Part shown: piece by piece, positions 10,501 to 16,697 of the stretch
Layout of the letters: every line of letters begins with the position of its first letter
How positions within the stretch are numbered: the first letter of the stretch is position 1
NCBI GenBank assembly: GCA_040901985.1
Contig: JBBDYC010000008.1
Span: 314,636-333,373, forward strand
Direction of reading: 5' to 3'
Source of the DNA: Gemmatimonadaceae bacterium
GTDB lineage: Bacteria > Gemmatimonadota > Gemmatimonadetes > Gemmatimonadales > Gemmatimonadaceae
DNA length: 18,738 nucleotides
The notes under the pieces: model-generated
Databases searched by the model: none
What the model saw: the letters and a program-made list of their open reading frames with translations, nothing else
Told to the model about the DNA's origin: nothing
Position numbers and translations under genes: made by a program

Positions 10501-13500
10501 GTTCCGTGTGGAGCGCTGCATCGGACCCGATCCGTGCACGAGCTTCACGCAGATCGTCGAGTTGCCGGCGAACACCACGAGCCACGTGGACTCGACGCTG
10601 ACCGCGGGACTTGAGGTGTGGTACCGCGTCCTCGCCTTCAACGGTGGCGGCGCGAACGCCTCCGGTGTCGTGTCGGCCACCACCATTGTGCCGGCGACAC
10701 CGAGCGACTTCTCGGCCGTGGCGAGCGGGCAGGCGACGGTGAACCTCGGCTGGGTGGACAACGCCAGCGACGAGGCTGGCTTCTACCTCGAGCGTTGCAC
10801 CGGTCTCGATTGCAGCGACTTCGTCCCGCTGGACACGCTCGCGATTGATGCGGTGGCCTACGCCGACCTGGCCGTGACGGCCGACAATGTCTATCGCTAT
10901 CGCCTGCGGGCATTCGGCAACGGCCACTCGGGCTACACGCCGATCGCATCGGTGGCGACGATCCTGCCGAACGCGGTGACGGATCTCGTGGCGACGGCGA
11001 TGTCCGATACGCGGGTGGATTTGTCGTGGACGGACAATACTTCCACGGATTCCCTGTGGAACGAGACGGAGTTTGCCGTTTATCGCTGCGCCGGAGTGTC
11101 GTGTACGCCCACGGTGCTCCACGCCTCGGTCGGGCGCGATACGACCTTCTTCTCCGATTCGTTGCTTCCGCCCGCCGAGACGTTCAGCTACCACATCGTG
11201 GCGTTGAACCTCGCAGGGGCCGCCGCGCCGAGCAATGTGGCGACGGCTGCCACGACGGTTCCCGCCATTCCGACGTCGCTCGCCGATTCCACCCTCTCGG
11301 CGACGGAAGTGCTGTTGACGTGGGTGGACAATGCCGGCAACGAGACGGGCTATGAGATCGAGCGGTGCGAGGGCGGCACGTGCACGGATTTCGCTCCGGT
11401 TGACACCGCGGCGGCGAATGAACAATCGCGCGTGATGGGTGGGCTCGTCGGGACGTCCGCGTACCGGTTCCGTGTCCGCGCCTTCAATGCCAGCGGAAGC
11501 TCCGGGTACTCGAACATCGTGCTGGCGCGTTCCGACGTACCGCCGGCACCGACGGCGCTCGTGGGCGCGACGGTCTCGCCGACGCAGGTGGCCCTCGCGT
11601 GGGCGGATAACGCCGAGAACGAGACGGCTTACGTCGTCGAGCGCTGCGACGGCACCGGATGCGGCGGCTTTGTCGTGATTGATTCGCTCGCCGCCGACGT
11701 GACGTCGTATCAAGACCTGTCAATCGCGATTGACACCGTCTATCGGTACCGCGTGCGGGCCAGCAACATTGTCGGTCCGTCGCCGTACACGGCCGAGATT
11801 GCGGTGAGCACCTATCGCCCAGCGACGCCGACGGACCTCGCGGCGACGCCAATCTCAGCGACGCGCGTGGACCTGACCTGGACCGACGTTGCCGTGAACG
11901 ACACGGTCATCATCGTCGAGCGGTGTTTCGGCCTCGGGTGCTCGTCCTTCGCCGACATTGACTCGTTGGCGCCCGACGCGACCGCGTACAGCGACACGAC
12001 CGTGACGGTCAACAACACATACAACTATCGGTTGCGCGCTGAGAACGCGGCGGGCGCCTCGGCGCCGACCGACTCGGTCGAGGTGGGGACGTTCATCCCG
12101 TCGGATCCCTCGGGACTGACGGCCGTGACGAACAGTGCGACGGAGATTACGCTGACGTGGGTTGACAACTCGGGCACCGACGAGCTCGACTTCCTCATCG
12201 AGCGCTGCGTGGGCGCGGGCTGTACGGTGTTCGATTCGCTGGCGGTGGTTCTCCTCGACGTGGTCACCTACCAGGACGCCACCGCGTCGCTGGGGAACGA
12301 GTATTCGTACCGCGTGATTGCGCGCGGCGGCGGCGGGAACTCCGCCCCGTCGAACGTGGCGACGGCCCACACCTTCCCGGCGGGGGATGTGACCGCGCTG
12401 ACGGCGTCGCCGCTGACTTCGACCACGTTGCAGCTCGCGTGGTCGGCGGCGGAGTTCGTCACGTCGTACCAGATCGCCACGGTGATCGGCAGCGATACGA
12501 CACTCTTCGCCACGGTGTCCGCATCGGTCACCGACACCGTCGTCACCGTGACGACGGGGCAGGTGTACAACTTCGTCGTGCGGGCGGGCAACGCCGCGGG
12601 CTCCGGTGCCTACGCTGGCGCCGAAGTGGCGATGACGCCGCCGCCGGCCCCGGTGGACCTCACAGTCTTCCCGCTCACCACCAGCCAGGCCTCGCTGGCG
12701 TGGGGCGACACCTCCGCTCGGGAGACCGGGTTCGAGGTCGAGCGCGCCTTCTTCAGCAGCGGCTCCTTCGGTAGCTACAGCACCGTGGCGACACTCGGAG
12801 CCGACGTTACTGCGCATATCGACGAAGTGAGCGCAGCGACGGGCCGCTACAAGTACCGGGTGCGCGCGGTCAACCAGATCGGCGCCGGCGACTATTCCAA
12901 CGAGGTTGACCTGACGTTGACGGCGCCGCTGGCCCCGAGCGGCCTGTCGGCGGCTGTGACCGCGCCAGGCCAGATCACGCTTCTGTGGACCGACAACTCG
13001 GACAACGAGCAGTCATTCTCGATCGAACGGAGCGTCGGCAACAACCTGAGCTTCGCACAGATTGCGACGGTCGGGCCCGGCCTGCAGTCGCACGTGGATT
13101 CGAGCGGTCTCACCATCAACACGACGTACTTCTACCGCGTCCGGGCCATCAACAGCATCGGCGCGTCGGGCTACACGAACGAGGCCTCCACGGCGACGAC
13201 GGTTCCGAACGCTGTCACTTCGATGACCACGCTGATTCTGAGCTCGACGAGCATCCAGGTGAACTGGGATGGGTCCGGGACGACGGGTGAACTTGGATTC
13301 CGCATCTATCGCTGCGTGGGGAGCAGTTGCACCGACTTCACCCTGCTGGACGGGTCGTTGCCCGCGGACGCGAGCACCTATGCGGATGTGGCCGCCGCCT
13401 ACGGCAATATCTATCGCTATCAGGCGCGGCCGTACAACATCGCGGGCGAACCGTCGAGCAATCCGACGGTCCAGCGCGCCTTGGTGTTGCCGACGCCGTT

Positions 13501-15010
13501 CATTCAGGTTGCCTTGCCAGTGAATCGCACGGATTTGCGAGTCCGGTGGAATGCCGCCCCATTCACCTGGGAAACGGACTTCGAAATCGAGCAGTGCGCC
13601 GGCCTCACGTGCTCAGACTTTGCGCCGTTGGCGACACTAGCGGCGGACGACTCAACGTACGTTTCGACGGGTTTGCCGGCTAACGGTGCCTGGCATCGGT
13701 ATCGTGTGCGCGCGGTGGCCGATGGAAACCTCGGGCCGTGGTCGAATCTCTTCTCGACGCACACGCCGAAGGAAGTGACGCTCGGCGACACCCTGGTGAC
13801 CGTGACGTCGCCGGAGTTGGTGAGCATCAATATGACGCACTACGTCGTGGCGATGCCGGCCGGTTCGCCGACCGTGGAGGTGTCGATTGGCGAGGATCCG
13901 GGCGGCACCACGTCAAACGGCGGCACGTTCCTGCTTGTGCAGCGCAGCAAGCCCATTGAGCGGCCGGCGAACGAGATCTTTAACACGGGTGCGTTGGTCG
14001 GCGATACGCTCTGCGCGCCGGGCGTCTTCACTCGCTCCTCCACCGCCCCGCATTCCGTCACCTGCTCGCTGCCGCAGCTGGGCGTGACCACCGACTACTA
14101 CATCACCACGTATTCCAATCCGTACACGAACCTGTTCCTAAGCGCGTTGCCGGGACCGACGACGTACGGATTCAACAACTGCACACAGACGGGGCGTCTC
14201 GGGCCGGTGCAGGGCCAGTGCGATGCGGCCTACGCGGGCACGTCGCTGGCCGCGCAGGTAGTTGTGGCCGACTCGGGCTTCCAGGACTGGACAGTGCCGT
14301 TCAGCGGACGCTGGGCGGTCGTTGCGACGGGCGCGGCGGGTGCCGCGGCGGACCCCGCCCGACTTGGTGGGCGCGGCGCGCGGATTTACGGCGAGTTTGT
14401 TCTCACGGCGGGGCAGAACCTGCGTGTGGCGGTTGGGCAGATGGGCAGCGGTGCCGGTACGAGCACCAACGGTGGTGGCGGAGGCGGCAGCTTCGTGTAC
14501 GATTTGACTGGGGCCACTCCGATGCTCATCGCGGGCGGCGGCGGCGGTACGCGCGCGGCCGTTGATCAGAATGGGTGTGATGCCTCCACGACCGTCTTTG
14601 GCACAATCGCCAGTGGCGACGCCACGACCACGCCATGTACAGTGAAGGTCACGGACGCTGGTCTGGGAGGCATTGTGAGTTCTGGCTCGTGGGGGTCAGC
14701 GGGCGCGGGATTCAACGGGAATGGCGCGGACGACTTCGACGAGCCGCTCGCAGGCGGTCGGTCGTGGGCGAACTTCATCCTCGGTGGCAGGGATGCCGGC
14801 TGCGGCAGCGGCGACGGCGGCTTCGGCGGCGCCGGATCCGGCTACGGCTGCTACGGCGGCGGCGGCGGCGGCGGTTACTCGGGCGGTGACGGCGGGCGCG
14901 TGGCCGGCGGCGGCGGCTCATTCAACGCCGGCACCAACACCGCGGCGGTCGTGGGCGTCGGTACAGCCCACGGCACCGTCATCCTGAAGTACCTCGGCCC
15001 CGTGGACTGA
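4568..15010 (+). CDS. Giant surface lipoprotein, 3480 aa: lipobox, N-terminal beta domains, PPC domain, 29 tandem FN3 domains, second PPC-like domain, ALK/LTK-like glycine-rich domain
   Basis: ATG 4568 overlaps the upstream stop (TGATG) and gives the signal peptide II MRASRRLLGLAAATLAGGVIAS-C23. The frame is uninterrupted for 10.4 kb. FN3 consensus is P.AP..L.A...S...I.L.W.DN..NE..F.IERC....C..F......Y.YRVRA.N..G.S..S. Confidence 0.93.
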   Translation: MRASRRLLGLAAATLAGGVIASCDDPTRPPTVGEIAPRIALVMPDSATLASLVLPLTAVRAQVIGPTSKIVDLTLVGSSWTGKASGLSAGDYQVIIEGLAAGEVQFYGRVPSVSVVRGATASPFVSFAAAVPVVDAPPLLNTTNFSQRIPFSAIPAATAYSVQVSQSSTFASGNIEFVTTETNPIVTVTGVGTWYVRTRATLPGTSSPVPWSDSRTFQVFEALGGRTEDDATSVPVDPLLPDTLSDRNLTPDAREDWFDFAVRAGDSLFIETVAARLSPPSALNTVLTLFHPDAVTQIATDDNGTGTADSRIVAVAPVTDTLKIRVTAPGGTSGHYELVREIRRLPAAPTALGATVVSGTQVDLAWTDNADNESQFVIERCIGDSCTNFAEVATVLSNVVAYSTNTLTQGLDYRWRVRARNSRGTSAPTNIVLTSTAGPAAPTTLGATTISATRIDLAWTDNATNELGYRVRRCTGVDCTPTTTEIAELGPGATSHSDSTVVFGQSYTYHVIAYNNVMESTPSAPATANTFPPATPSSLVATVAGATRITLAWTDNASDELGFRVERCTGDTCTDFTEIAVVGVNVTAHVDSVGLAFNTGYRYRVRAFHAVTGVAYSNIANADTRPPTAPTSLTATTAPGPQVGLNWTDTSDDEIGFVIERCVTGGCTNFAAIDTVAAGVVGFADTDVVVGESYSYRVFALGVPGNSAVSNVASTNTNLPGAPSGLSATTVSAFRIDLAWTDGSTNETGFEVQRCDGVACDTFVSLATLGAGVQAHEDSTAAPGLSFTYRVRAVGVVGNSGFSNEATANTFAPADPSGLTATTISGSRIDLAWVNNAPEATEMRIERCSGVGCSGFVEIDVVPAAQTTYQNLGGAFPVALNETYSYRVRAQNVADVSGYSNTATAHTIQPSAPTLMAVTVSASQIDLSWTASTPDVTGYEVERCTNVGCTNFLFLGGTSTLLYSDATVSAGNDYRYRVRAVNVVGPGPYSNTADVNTRTPAAPTGLVATTMVGIVRLTWTDNADNELGVIVERCAGAACVPVELIVLTTIGIETWDDSSVVANTEYTYLVKAYNSAGTSVASSESYANTLIADQVTVLSATAVSPTQIDLAWTPSASQGTGLILNYNVYRCDGACDPATGALLVSLPADSAAYEDTSVEADSGYTYAVVPRTAFGETPIPGSATAFASTKLPAAPSNLVGTLMSPSSIQLAWTDNSGNETHFEVAQCAGVGCTNFVTVASPGAGVTTFLADTLTFDVRYRFIVRAVNTAGSSAWSDTLEIGTTVPAVPTDLEAYITDGSGNIRLLWTDASDNESGFEIDYCVGADCESWVLLTAAAANTTQLDLGSLGANTFRFRIRATNAAGTSAPSAFTEITGDGPYAAPIGTIATTTGPTSILITWSDQTNNETIFRILRCTGGSCDPLMGTVVDSVARDVTSFDDTSVGTGALYRYVVVAVNGFGELASAAFDGHTMLPDAPGTLSATTISSAEIALAWTDGGPFETGYVIERCQGGGCTGFAVIDTVPANFVSFNDTGLSANATYRYRVQAINAVGASAYSNIAEKATDIPATPTDLSALAMTTTRIDLAWTDNATNEDFYIVERCAGTCDASGTFVQIETGLAPNAQAYTDNGVSAGQTYSYRVQALNAGGASPYTNIATATAAAPIDPTDLTATTLSGTMIALTWTDNATNELSYQIERCTSATCPTFTLRKTLAPDATGYVDTVAVDDTYTYRVRAVNNVGASGYTSEESANTLRPFAASGFTAVTVSGTRIDLSWTDNAADEDGYVIERCSGVGCSDFAILDSLPVDASGYQNDGIATETSFTYRLYGYNVAGPSDITGPVTATTITPAAPTSLAAVLAAPGQIDLSWTDNADNELHYRVERCSAGTSKCATADSMNVYAVEIATLGPDAVSYSDAGLAPATLYFYRVRATNTAGSSPYSAIVSRSTSVPPAPTGLVAVTILATRIDLTWTDASANEDGFRVERCIGPDPCTSFTQIVELPANTTSHVDSTLTAGLEVWYRVLAFNGGGANASGVVSATTIVPATPSDFSAVASGQATVNLGWVDNASDEAGFYLERCTGLDCSDFVPLDTLAIDAVAYADLAVTADNVYRYRLRAFGNGHSGYTPIASVATILPNAVTDLVATAMSDTRVDLSWTDNTSTDSLWNETEFAVYRCAGVSCTPTVLHASVGRDTTFFSDSLLPPAETFSYHIVALNLAGAAAPSNVATAATTVPAIPTSLADSTLSATEVLLTWVDNAGNETGYEIERCEGGTCTDFAPVDTAAANEQSRVMGGLVGTSAYRFRVRAFNASGSSGYSNIVLARSDVPPAPTALVGATVSPTQVALAWADNAENETAYVVERCDGTGCGGFVVIDSLAADVTSYQDLSIAIDTVYRYRVRASNIVGPSPYTAEIAVSTYRPATPTDLAATPISATRVDLTWTDVAVNDTVIIVERCFGLGCSSFADIDSLAPDATAYSDTTVTVNNTYNYRLRAENAAGASAPTDSVEVGTFIPSDPSGLTAVTNSATEITLTWVDNSGTDELDFLIERCVGAGCTVFDSLAVVLLDVVTYQDATASLGNEYSYRVIARGGGGNSAPSNVATAHTFPAGDVTALTASPLTSTTLQLAWSAAEFVTSYQIATVIGSDTTLFATVSASVTDTVVTVTTGQVYNFVVRAGNAAGSGAYAGAEVAMTPPPAPVDLTVFPLTTSQASLAWGDTSARETGFEVERAFFSSGSFGSYSTVATLGADVTAHIDEVSAATGRYKYRVRAVNQIGAGDYSNEVDLTLTAPLAPSGLSAAVTAPGQITLLWTDNSDNEQSFSIERSVGNNLSFAQIATVGPGLQSHVDSSGLTINTTYFYRVRAINSIGASGYTNEASTATTVPNAVTSMTTLILSSTSIQVNWDGSGTTGELGFRIYRCVGSSCTDFTLLDGSLPADASTYADVAAAYGNIYRYQARPYNIAGEPSSNPTVQRALVLPTPFIQVALPVNRTDLRVRWNAAPFTWETDFEIEQCAGLTCSDFAPLATLAADDSTYVSTGLPANGAWHRYRVRAVADGNLGPWSNLFSTHTPKEVTLGDTLVTVTSPELVSINMTHYVVAMPAGSPTVEVSIGEDPGGTTSNGGTFLLVQRSKPIERPANEIFNTGALVGDTLCAPGVFTRSSTAPHSVTCSLPQLGVTTDYYITTYSNPYTNLFLSALPGPTTYGFNNCTQTGRLGPVQGQCDAAYAGTSLAAQVVVADSGFQDWTVPFSGRWAVVATGAAGAAADPARLGGRGARIYGEFVLTAGQNLRVAVGQMGSGAGTSTNGGGGGGSFVYDLTGATPMLIAGGGGGTRAAVDQNGCDASTTVFGTIASGDATTTPCTVKVTDAGLGGIVSSGSWGSAGAGFNGNGADDFDEPLAGGRSWANFILGGRDAGCGSGDGGFGGAGSGYGCYGGGGGGGYSGGDGGRVAGGGGSFNAGTNTAAVVGVGTAHGTVILKYLGPVD
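5600..13768 (+). repeat. Coding tandem array of 29 diverged FN3 repeats (about 94 aa / 280 bp period)
   Basis: Counted by hand from LPAAPTALGA to NLFSTHTP. Recurrent nucleotide cores such as GACCTCGCGTGGACCGACAACGC and ATCGAGCGCTGC are visible. Confidence 0.9.
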
Positions 15011-15011
15011 G

Positions 15012-15039
15012 TTGCAGCGAGGGCGACGCACGGTAGTTT
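15012..15039 (+). promoter_or_regulatory. Possible promoter for a leaderless DUF72 transcript
   Basis: TTGCAG (15012-15017), 16 bp, TAGTTT (15034-15039), then 6 nt to ATG 15046 with no Shine-Dalgarno sequence. Confidence 0.4.
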
Positions 15040-15045
15040 CGGCCT

Positions 15046-15852
15046 ATGCGCATCCGACTCGGCTGCCAGGGCTGGAACTACCCGGCGTGGGTGGGCGGCT
15101 TCTACCCTGACCGCACCCGCGCCGCCGACTTCCTGACGGTCTACGCGCGCGCCTTCGACACGGTCGAGGTGGACTCCACGTTCTACGCCGTCCCCGCCGT
15201 GAAGTCCGTCCGCGGCTGGCGCGAGCGCACACCCGACGGCTTCACATTCGCCCTCAAGCTCCCGCAGGAGATCACGCACGAGCGTCGCTTCGTGGACGCG
15301 CTCGACGTCGCCGAGCGCTTCTACGACGTGGCCCGCGAACTCGGCCCCAAGCTCGGCCCGGTGCTGATCCAGTGCGGCCCTGACTTCGCGCCCACCGAAC
15401 GCGACGCCCTCGAGGAGTTCCTCCTCACGCTGCCCAAGGACATCGCCTTTGCCATCGAGTTCCGCCAGAAAGGGTGGATCAACGAGGCAACGCTCGAGAT
15501 GCTCACGCCGCGGAACGTGGCGCTCGCGCTCGTGGACGCGCGGTGGATCCCGGCGAAGTGGATGCAGAAGCTCGTCGAGCGGCCGACCGCGTCCCACGCC
15601 TACGTGCGATGGATGGGACCCGACCGCTCCATCACCGACTTCTCGCGCGTGCTGGTGGACCGGACGGCGGATCTCGAGGTCTGGGCCGAGCTCCTGCCGG
15701 CGCTCGCCGTGAAGGTCCCCGTGTATGGTTACGTGAACAACCACTTCAGCGGCCACAGTCCGGAGAACGTGCGGACGCTCCAGAAGTTGCTCGGCCAGAC
15801 GCCGAAGGACCCGGCCCAACTTCGAGAGCAGTTGGGATTGTTTGAGTGTTAA
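15046..15852 (+). CDS. DUF72 (YecE-like) domain protein, 268 aa
   Basis: Motifs IRLGCQGWNYPAW.G.FYP, FDTVEVDSTFYAVP, FTFALKLPQEITH, LGPVLIQ, AIEFR, YVRWMG and YGYVNNH. Confidence 0.92.
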   Translation: MRIRLGCQGWNYPAWVGGFYPDRTRAADFLTVYARAFDTVEVDSTFYAVPAVKSVRGWRERTPDGFTFALKLPQEITHERRFVDALDVAERFYDVARELGPKLGPVLIQCGPDFAPTERDALEEFLLTLPKDIAFAIEFRQKGWINEATLEMLTPRNVALALVDARWIPAKWMQKLVERPTASHAYVRWMGPDRSITDFSRVLVDRTADLEVWAELLPALAVKVPVYGYVNNHFSGHSPENVRTLQKLLGQTPKDPAQLREQLGLFEC

Positions 15853-15900
15853 CTCTATACCTGACAACACTTTAGCAGCTCACACCGTTTGCCCTACCAG

Positions 15901-16632
15901 ATGCGCCCGCGCACCCTGCTCGCCCTCATCATCCCGCTCTTTTGTGCGGCGCTCTTCGTGCGCCTCGGCCTTTGGCAACTCAATCGCCACCGCGACCGCG
16001 CGGTCATCAACGCGGCGCTGGCTACGAGGCTCGCTGCCGAGCCGATTCCGCTCGGCGCGCTCGCCTCCGACACGCTGGACCGTCGCTGGACACGTATCAC
16101 GGTGTCGGGACGCTTTCGCTACGACCTCGAGCAGATTCTCGCCGGACGAACGAGCGAGGGCTCGCCCGGCGTACACCTCCTGACGCCGCTGAGCGTCCCG
16201 GGGACGGATGCGCTGATCGTCGTCACGCGGGGCTGGGTCTATTCCCCCGACGCCGCGAGCGCCGACCTGGGCCGCTGGCGCGAGGCCGAGGAGGTGTCGC
16301 TGGCCGGTTATCTCCTGCCGTTGGCCTCCGCCCGTGCCGATGCGCCGGTGGACACCTCCGGTGCGCTCCGCGTGGCCACCCGCGCGGCGCTTGAGGCACG
16401 GCTGGGCCAGCCCGTTGCACCGGTGCAGATCGTGATGACTTCGGACTCGCTCGCCCGTGTTGACTCGGTGCCGCGGCGACTCCCCCCGCCGACGATTGAC
16501 GTCGGTCCCCACCGGTCGTACGCAATCCAGTGGTTCGCCTTTGCCGTCATCGCCGCCGTCGGCGGGGTGATTCTCTTTCGCTCATCCGGCAAGTCCCAGC
16601 GCGGCATTGTCGCCGACCGCGCCGGGGGGTAG
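15901..16632 (+). CDS. SURF1/Shy1 family protein (heme-copper oxidase assembly factor family)
   Basis: N-terminal TM ending LGLWQLNR, then PGVHLLTPL, VVTRGWV and C-terminal HRSYAIQWFAFA plus TM. ATG 15901 is preferred over TTG 15889, but the start is uncertain. Confidence 0.9.
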   Translation: MRPRTLLALIIPLFCAALFVRLGLWQLNRHRDRAVINAALATRLAAEPIPLGALASDTLDRRWTRITVSGRFRYDLEQILAGRTSEGSPGVHLLTPLSVPGTDALIVVTRGWVYSPDAASADLGRWREAEEVSLAGYLLPLASARADAPVDTSGALRVATRAALEARLGQPVAPVQIVMTSDSLARVDSVPRRLPPPTIDVGPHRSYAIQWFAFAVIAAVGGVILFRSSGKSQRGIVADRAGG

Positions 16633-16697
16633 CTATAAGTACGCTGCGGGAAGCCCTGCGACCCGCCGAGTGGGACCTTTCTCCGGAGGTGGCCGGG

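Noticed and set aside
9233..11713. 826-aa minus-strand ORF
   Set aside because: Antisense to the FN3 array and Arg-rich. Lack of stops follows from the scarcity of TTA, CTA and TCA codons on the sense strand.
5600..13768. CRISPR-like or DGR-like periodic nucleotide repeats
   Set aside because: Repeats are degenerate, in frame and about 280 bp apart, fully explained by FN3 motifs. No cas or reverse transcriptase gene and no near-identical template/variable pair were seen.
14855..14872. (GGC)6 microsatellite
   Set aside because: An in-frame polyglycine run that is part of the glycine-rich domain.
16530..16697. N-terminal extension of the acyl-CoA dehydrogenase in the ORF track
   Set aside because: It overlaps SURF1. 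A GGAGG site and family-like sequence support ATG 16698.
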